From NCBI RefSeq assembly GCF_037902255.1, contig NZ_CP147990.1, forward strand, positions 2,700,001 to 2,732,000: a DNA stretch of 32,000 nucleotides, given 5' to 3'. Each line of letters begins with the position of its first letter. The stretch's first letter is position 1. Shown here piece by piece: positions 26,848-32,000 of this stretch. The notes under the pieces are model-generated. The model was given only the letters and a program-made list of their open reading frames with translations. It searched no databases and was not told the origin of the DNA. The position numbers and the translations under genes are program-made. The DNA is from Candidatus Electrothrix sp. GW3-4. GTDB lineage: Bacteria; Desulfobacterota; Desulfobulbia; Desulfobulbales; Desulfobulbaceae.

Positions 26848-27882
26848 TTATTTGCCAAAATTACAAATCGGGTACTGACAATGCGTACATTGCCGACAGA
26901 GTCCTCCATGCCCCATAGCGGCAAACTGCTCCCGACCGATGGACTCACCGGTAAGAATACGGGGGAGAAGCAGGTCAAATACGGTAATTTTATGAAACAT
27001 ACCACAGGCAGGCAGACCAAGGACAGGTACCTCCCCAATCCGGCCGACAAGAAACATGGCCCCAGGCAGGACCGGGGTCCCGTACACGGTCTCCACGGCA
27101 CCGGCCTCCCGGATACCGGTGCGGGTGACATCGTCCGGGTCCACGGACATCCCCCCGGAGGTAATAATCAGACTGGCTCCAGCTTCCAGACAGAGACGGA
27201 TCTCCTCGGCAATTCGAGCGGCATCATCCGGGGCAAAGCCCACCCGCACCACCTCTGAGCCCAGCCAGGCCATCTTCTCCCGGAGCACGGCCTCAAATTT
27301 ATCCTCAATCCGACCATAATAGACCTCACTGCCGGTGACAACCAGCCCGGCCTTGACCTTGTTCAGGGGCAAGACCCGGACGAGCTTCTCACCCGATTCA
27401 GCAGAGGCAGCAATGGCCACCCCCTCTTCCACCAGAGAGCGTTCCCCCACCAAGGGAATCAGGCGGGTCGCAGCGACCTGTTCCCCTTTTTTGACCGGGG
27501 TATCGGTATGCAGGCTGGAACACATAATCTCGCCCAGCAGATTAAAACGATACAGGGCCTCTTTCTCGATCTTAAGCAGACCATCACAGGAGGCCCGCAG
27601 CGAGGCCTTGCCTTCTGTTATCTTATCAGAATGCTCAACTCCTGGTCCAGCAAGGGCCGTTGCCAGCAGGCGAGCCGCCTCGTTTTCATGAATCTCTCCC
27701 TCGGAAAGCTCCAAGGCGTAGATATGCTCCTTGCCCAGTCGACGGAAATGTTCAACATCTTCCAGGCGCAAAATATGCCCCTTCTTAAAGGCACATCCCT
27801 TAAACTCACCCTGCACAATCTCGGTGATATCATGGGCCAGCACCATACCAACGGCCTGATCTACCGGTATACGTTTTTTCAT
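26848..27882 (-). CDS. molybdopterin-binding (MoeA-like / MoCF-biosynthesis domain) protein
   Basis: 344 aa. The N-terminus IPVDQAVGMVLAHDI resembles MoeA. The central VKAGLVVTGSEVYYGRIEDKF...ASLIITSGGMSVDPDDVT is the MoaB/MogA/MoeA-type MPT-binding fold. The C-terminus is Cys-rich (CRQCTHCQYPIC). Confidence 0.8.
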   Translation of the reverse strand: MKKRIPVDQAVGMVLAHDITEIVQGEFKGCAFKKGHILRLEDVEHFRRLGKEHIYALELSEGEIHENEAARLLATALAGPGVEHSDKITEGKASLRASCDGLLKIEKEALYRFNLLGEIMCSSLHTDTPVKKGEQVAATRLIPLVGERSLVEEGVAIAASAESGEKLVRVLPLNKVKAGLVVTGSEVYYGRIEDKFEAVLREKMAWLGSEVVRVGFAPDDAARIAEEIRLCLEAGASLIITSGGMSVDPDDVTRTGIREAGAVETVYGTPVLPGAMFLVGRIGEVPVLGLPACGMFHKITVFDLLLPRILTGESIGREQFAAMGHGGLCRQCTHCQYPICNFGK

Positions 27883-27960
27883 CTTTTCTCCGGCTCCTGT
27901 TCGTGTTTTACTGTCAGCAACGCTTTTTTCTGGTACAATATTTCATTCCCATTCCATTTG

Positions 27961-28040
27961 CAAACGCTCCCCCCGGCCTGCGCCCGGGACCAAACTTCAA
28001 AACAACAACAACATAAACGTATTGTTACTTAGAAGAAGGA
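27961..28040 (-). promoter_or_regulatory. conserved bipartite leader element, copy R (upstream of the molybdopterin-binding protein gene)
   Basis: On the minus strand, block 1 is TCCTTCTTCTAAGTAAC (28040-28024). A 29-nt gap follows. Block 2 is TTTGGTCCCGGGCGCAGGCCGGGGGGAGCGTTTG (27994-27961). The element ends 78 nt before the ATG at 27882. Confidence 0.6.
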
Positions 28041-28194
28041 ATGACTCAGACTTTCGGCAACTCATCGCAAATAATCTTAACGCAGCTGAGGATAGAGCGC
28101 ATCATGAATTCGCAGTCTACCCGTCAACCCTGCTAGGCGGCATCTGTCGCCCCGATGAATCGCCCTGGACCAACAACTCGATCTCGTTAATAAA

Positions 28195-28377
28195 ATGAAA
28201 AAAGAACTCCTTGATATCCTCGCCTGTCCTAAGTGTAAAGGCAAGATAGAACTCAGTGAGGACCAAGAGGCCCTGCTCTGTCATGTCTGCCAGCTTGCCT
28301 ATCCAATCCGTGACGCCATTCCTATCATGATCATTGAGGAAGCCAGCCCCTTATCCCCGGAGCAGCAATCCACCTGA
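28195..28377 (+). CDS. Trm112/YcaR-family small zinc-ribbon protein
   Basis: 60 aa: MKKELLDILACPKCKGKIELSEDQEALLCHVCQLAYPIRDAIPIMIIEEA, the typical UPF0434/Trm112 pattern. Confidence 0.9.
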   Translation: MKKELLDILACPKCKGKIELSEDQEALLCHVCQLAYPIRDAIPIMIIEEASPLSPEQQST

Positions 28378-28395
28378 TCTCGCACAGGACACCCT

Positions 28396-29529
28396 ATGGA
28401 CCTCAGCACCCTGCCAAAGGCCTTTAGCCTCTGGTTCAGCACCTCCCTGCCCGATCTTGGCCAATACCAATTTGGCCAACGCTTCACTATTATCTGCCTC
28501 TATATCATCCTCAGCAAGGGAACGGATATTATTACCAGCAGAATCCTCCTCCCGCTTGCCACTCGAACCAGTTTTGATGTGGACGAACATTTTGTCCGCT
28601 TTATCCGGCGCCCGGCTGTCCTTTCTGTTTTTCTCCTCGGCATCCTCCACGCCGTCCTCCTGGAACCGACCTTTGCGCCCCCTTGGGATACGGCCTTGCC
28701 CAATCTGACCAAGACCCTGATCCTGGCGGTCTGGTGGATCGCCCTGATTCGGGAGATCACGGTCATGAATGAGAAGAACACTGGCTGGGCAGTGCGAAAG
28801 TTTGACAAGACCAGGTTCTACATGCTCAAGAACATCTCCCGGATTATCCTCCTCTTTATCGGGATTATCTGGGCCCTGATTATCTGGGAGGTTAACCTCA
28901 CCCCACTCTTCGCCTCAGCTGGTATTGTCGGTATCGCCATTGCCCTGGCTGCCAAGGACACCCTGGCCAACTTCTTTGGTGGCATTGCCCTGTTCACCGA
29001 TGCCGCCTATAAGGTGGGGGATTATATTATCCTTGGCAGCGGAGAACGGGGGGAGGTGGTGGAGCTGGGTATCCGTTCCACCAAGATCAAGACCCGGGAT
29101 GACGTACTGATCACCATCCCCAACTCCATCATGTCTACCACCAAGATCATCAATGAATCTGCCCCGGAGGTCAACTATCGTATCCGTATTGATGTGAACG
29201 TGAGTTATGATAGCAATCTTCGGGAGGTGGAAAAAGTGCTCCTCCAGGTTGCCGAGGAAAATACTGCGCTGGTAACAAAACCGGAACCCAGGGTCAGGGT
29301 GCGCAGTTTTGCTGATTCAGCCATCCTACTCCAACTCCTGGTCTGGGTGGAAGAACCGGCTCAAAGGGGCCTTCAAACCCACAATCTGCTCAAGATGATC
29401 CATATCGCCTTCCAAGAGCATGGAATTGAGATTCCTTTTCCTCAGCGCACTGTCCATTTTGATGCGGATAAAAGAGCCCCGAGAACTCTGGACATCGCCC
29501 CTACTCCCGCTCCTGATGATAACCCCTGA
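28396..29529 (+). CDS. mechanosensitive ion channel family protein (MscS-like)
   Basis: 377 aa with multiple N-terminal TM helices followed by the MscS core AAKDTLANFFGGIALFTDAAYKVGDYIILGSGERGEVVELGIRSTKIKTRDDVLITIPNS. Confidence 0.9.
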   Translation: MDLSTLPKAFSLWFSTSLPDLGQYQFGQRFTIICLYIILSKGTDIITSRILLPLATRTSFDVDEHFVRFIRRPAVLSVFLLGILHAVLLEPTFAPPWDTALPNLTKTLILAVWWIALIREITVMNEKNTGWAVRKFDKTRFYMLKNISRIILLFIGIIWALIIWEVNLTPLFASAGIVGIAIALAAKDTLANFFGGIALFTDAAYKVGDYIILGSGERGEVVELGIRSTKIKTRDDVLITIPNSIMSTTKIINESAPEVNYRIRIDVNVSYDSNLREVEKVLLQVAEENTALVTKPEPRVRVRSFADSAILLQLLVWVEEPAQRGLQTHNLLKMIHIAFQEHGIEIPFPQRTVHFDADKRAPRTLDIAPTPAPDDNP

Positions 29530-29803
29530 CAGCAACACCATTATTTTCTACACCTCGGCCCTTTGACCGCGCTGCCTGCTGGTCCGCCGGGTGCTGACCG
29601 AATTACAACAGGAATTCCCCGATCTCAGAGTAGAGTCGATGGATATCCTGACCCATCCCGGAAAGGCATTACAGCAGAGGATCAAAATGATTCCGACCTT
29701 ACAGGCCGGAGAGCAGAGGCTGAGCGGAATTTTTCTCCGCCCGGCCGCCATCAGGGCGTTTGTTGAGCGAATCCTGCGGGCCAGTCACGAGCCGAAGAAA
29801 TGA
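29516..29803 (+). CDS. thioredoxin-fold redox protein with in-frame TGA at the first Cys position of CxxC (candidate selenoprotein, U-P-R-C)
   Basis: Reading from ATG 29516 through TGA 29564-29566 gives MITPDSNTIIFYTSAL[U]PRCLLVRRVLTELQQEFPDLRVESMDILTHPGKALQQRIKMIPTLQAGEQRLSGIFLRPAAIRAFVERIL.... The order is a beta1 strand, U/CxxC, helix, cis-Pro (MIPT), then a GxxxxSG strand, which is a complete small Trx/Grx-like fold. The ORF-track version (GTG 29591, 70 aa) lacks beta1 and the redox motif. Confidence 0.65.
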
Positions 29804-30126
29804 CAGAGCCGACCAATCTGCCCTGTCATGCAACAGCAATTACCTCCACCTTGCTGCCTTGCTGCCTTTGTCCTTTTCTCGGGGCAAAATATTGCTCCTC
29901 AAAACAACTTCCCCACCCTATCACTCCCGCTCATCAAGAACCTGTCCCAGGGTAGAAACAACCACCTTACCGCTCAGAAAAAAATCACCTCTCACCCCTT
30001 CATCCGCTCCACCCGCCAAAGCGCAGGAGGTGACAGAGCCTCTTCTTTGCGGTATAGTACTCCCTGTACTCCAGCCAGACTCCGCTTGCACTATGCATTT
30101 ACTGAACTCTTTCCCCTTTCAATAAG

Positions 30127-31071
30127 ATGCAAACAAAAACACCTCCCCTCATCCTGGGCTGTTTCCTGAGCTGCTTGATCCTTTTCACGGGGACCGTGCT
30201 TCCAGCCCATGCAGAGTCCCTGCCCGTCTTTGTCTCCATTGCCCCGCAAAAATGGCTCGTTGACCAATTAGGCGGTGACCTCGTCAGCGTCCATATCCTG
30301 CTGGATAAAGGGCAGGAACCCCATACCTATCAGCCGACCCCGGAAAAGATGACCTTACTCTTTCGCTCCCGCCTCTATTTCACCCTGGGGATGCCATTTG
30401 AGCGAGAGATTGCCCGAAAAATAACCCACAAGAAAAACCCTGCCAGAGGGCTTCAGCTCATTGACGTGACAAGGGGCATCAAAAAGATTCCTCTGCTGGC
30501 CCATCATCATGGCGATGACCATGAAGAAGATCATGCGGAAGACGATGAAAACGACCATCAGGAAGTTGAGCAGCAGGAATACGCAGATCCACATGTCTGG
30601 CTTGACCCGCGCAATGGAAAAAAAATGGCCGCAGCTATAACAGAGGCCCTGATAAGCGCTGCCCCGGAACATGCCCCTGCCTTTCAAGAGAATTTAGCGG
30701 TCCTGCAAGAAAGACTCACCCGCCTCCATCAGGAACTTGCACAACAACTTGCCCCATTCCGAGGCACAACCTTTTTTGTTTTTCATCCCTCATTCGGTTA
30801 CTTTGCCCATGCCTATGAGCTACACCAAGAGGCTGTGGAGATAGAAGGCAAGGCACCCACACCCAAACAGCTCTACGCCCTTATCAAACAGGCAAGGGCG
30901 GATAAGATCAAGGTCCTCTTTGTTCAGCCCCAGTTTGACCGGAGAAGTGCCCAAACTGTGGCTCAGGCGATCAAGGGCAAGCTGGTGGAGCTGGACCCTT
31001 TGGCGGAAGATATCGAACAAAATCTCAAGTCGATGGCCGAGGCCATGCAAACGGCGCTCACACCTCAATAA
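30127..31071 (+). CDS. znuA: metal (zinc-type) ABC transporter periplasmic binding protein with His/Asp-rich loop
   Basis: 314 aa with a signal peptide and TroA/cluster-9 motifs (VFVSIAPQKWL, DPHVWLDP, FVFHPSFGYFA, VLFVQPQF). It has an acidic, His-rich insert (AHHHGDDHEEDHAEDDENDHQE) typical of ZnuA. Confidence 0.8.
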   Translation: MQTKTPPLILGCFLSCLILFTGTVLPAHAESLPVFVSIAPQKWLVDQLGGDLVSVHILLDKGQEPHTYQPTPEKMTLLFRSRLYFTLGMPFEREIARKITHKKNPARGLQLIDVTRGIKKIPLLAHHHGDDHEEDHAEDDENDHQEVEQQEYADPHVWLDPRNGKKMAAAITEALISAAPEHAPAFQENLAVLQERLTRLHQELAQQLAPFRGTTFFVFHPSFGYFAHAYELHQEAVEIEGKAPTPKQLYALIKQARADKIKVLFVQPQFDRRSAQTVAQAIKGKLVELDPLAEDIEQNLKSMAEAMQTALTPQ

Positions 31072-31092
31072 CGCGCAAAGCAAGATATCCCT

Positions 31093-31848
31093 ATGACAGA
31101 TGCTGCTATCCAGCTCAGAGACCTCAGTTATTCCTATGATGACATCCCCGTACTCACCGATGTTTGCCTGGATATCTTCCCTGGGGACACAGCCTCTATT
31201 ATTGGACCCAACGGCGGCGGCAAGACCACGTTGATCAAGTTGATCCTCGGCCTGGAGAGCCCGGACAAGGGAACGGTTCTGGTCTATGGAAATAAACCCG
31301 AGCACGAGCGCACCCGCATAGGTTATGTCCCCCAGTACGCCCGCTATGATCCTCATTTTCCTATCTCACTCCTGAACGTGGTATGCATGGGACGGATCGG
31401 CAGTTCCCTCAGTGGCCGTTATACTCGCCATGACAAGGAGATCGCCTTAGAGGCCTTGACTGCCGTCAATCTCGCGGATCTGGCCAAGCGCCCTTTCTCG
31501 GCCCTCTCAGGAGGACAACGACAACGGGTCCTCATCGCCCGGGCCTTGGCTACGGAAAGCGACATCCTCATCCTCGATGAACCCACAGCCAGCCTGGATC
31601 GTCAATCGGAGCAACAACTCTTTGCCCTGCTGGCAAAACTCAACAAAAACATGATTATTCTCATGGTGACCCATGAAATAGGGGTTTCGTCTACATTTTT
31701 CCAGCGGGTGATCTGCGTTAATAATCAGGTCTTTGTTCACCCGACCAGTGAACTGACCGGAGAGCTGCTCCGTGACATGTACGGTGGCGATCTGCGCATG
31801 ATTCGCCATGACCATCGTTGCGGCCCCGGAGGGCACGAACATGACTGA
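31093..31848 (+). CDS. znuC: metal ABC transporter ATP-binding protein
   Basis: 251 aa with [25 protein letters not shown] and ILILDEPTASLD. It lies between the znuA-like and permease genes. Confidence 0.85.
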   Translation: MTDAAIQLRDLSYSYDDIPVLTDVCLDIFPGDTASIIGPNGGGKTTLIKLILGLESPDKGTVLVYGNKPEHERTRIGYVPQYARYDPHFPISLLNVVCMGRIGSSLSGRYTRHDKEIALEALTAVNLADLAKRPFSALSGGQRQRVLIARALATESDILILDEPTASLDRQSEQQLFALLAKLNKNMIILMVTHEIGVSSTFFQRVICVNNQVFVHPTSELTGELLRDMYGGDLRMIRHDHRCGPGGHEHD

Positions 31849-32000
31849 ACTGTGGGCCGCACTCTTTGATCCGGATCTGCCCTTTCTCCGCTATGCCCTG
31901 ATTACCGGTCTACTGGCCTCTCTTTCCTTTGGTATCATCGGCACCTTTGTCGTTGTCCGCCGCATCAGTTATATTGCCGGAGCCATCTCCCATTGTGTTC
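31841..32000 (+). CDS. znuB: metal ABC transporter permease, N-terminal fragment (continues beyond window)
   Basis: The ATG at 31841 overlaps the znuC stop. Translation is MTELWAALFDPDLPFLRYALITGLLASLSFGIIGTFVVVRRISYIAGAISHCV, the typical ZnuB/TroC N-terminus. Confidence 0.8.
   Translation, partial: MTELWAALFDPDLPFLRYALITGLLASLSFGIIGTFVVVRRISYIAGAISHCV

Noticed and set aside
27883-28060. Moco (molybdenum cofactor) riboswitch in the leader of the MoeA-like gene
   Set aside because: By eye I could not find the conserved Moco-motif features I remember. The same conserved blocks also precede an unrelated surface-protein gene, which argues against a Moco-specific aptamer. A covariance-model scan is needed to exclude it formally.
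29591-29803. 70-aa ORF starting at GTG 29591 as the complete gene
   Set aside because: It would lack the first beta-strand and the redox motif of the thioredoxin fold. The same frame upstream of the TGA encodes exactly those missing elements, so read-through (Sec) or a Cys-to-stop pseudogene explains the sequence better.
29760-30169. ORFs 29760-30125 and 29828-30169 upstream of znuA as genes, and a Zur box in this interval
   Set aside because: The products are Pro/Ser/Leu-rich with no motifs, and the two ORFs overlap each other in different frames. Only short 5-6-bp inverted repeats (TGACAG-N16-CTGTCA at 29801-29828, AGTAC-N5-GTACT near 30056-30070) are present. Nothing resembles a long AT-rich Zur palindrome.

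Overview
This is a 32-kb bacterial chromosomal window with moderate GC content. The gene content (a delta-60-repeat surface protein, a two-CW domain protein, a UGA-selenocysteine candidate, a MoxR/Bat-type operon) suggests an anaerobic Desulfobacterota (deltaproteobacterial) genome; that is inference only. Layout: (1) The canonical rpmH-rnpA-yidD-yidC-jag-mnmE cluster lies on the minus strand at 1-3633. rpmH falls below the ORF-track cutoff and was translated by hand. trkA follows. (2) 5.4-10.5 kb is the most unusual region. Two tandem, clearly paralogous ~695-aa genes each fuse a P-loop NACHT/STAND-like NTPase to a C-terminal FGE/SUMF1-fold domain that lacks the catalytic cysteines. An 883-bp spacer separates them, containing a 14 x 21-nt degenerate periodic repeat open on both strands and a GC-rich hairpin-dense segment. 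I rate this the best candidate for an undescribed sensor/conflict module. (3) An APH/AmgK-like kinase and a Met-rich secreted protein. (4) A ~3.2-kb composite gene (radical SAM + ArsM-like methyltransferase + Cys-rich domain) broken by three 1-nt frame disruptions at homopolymer runs. (5) A MoxR-DUF58-DUF4381-VWA (Bat-like) operon in which DUF58 is also frame-disrupted, then tilS. (6) A small two-CW Cys-rich protein, an orphan double-ABC ATPase, and a 971-aa delta-60-repeat surface protein. (7) A MoeA-like molybdopterin-binding protein. It and the surface protein are each preceded by a copy of the same bipartite ~80-100-nt leader element. (8) A Trm112-like protein, an MscS channel, a thioredoxin-fold ORF with an in-frame TGA at the first position of the CxxC motif (candidate selenoprotein), and znuABC. 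I found no tRNA, rRNA, CRISPR, transposase, integrase or reverse transcriptase.
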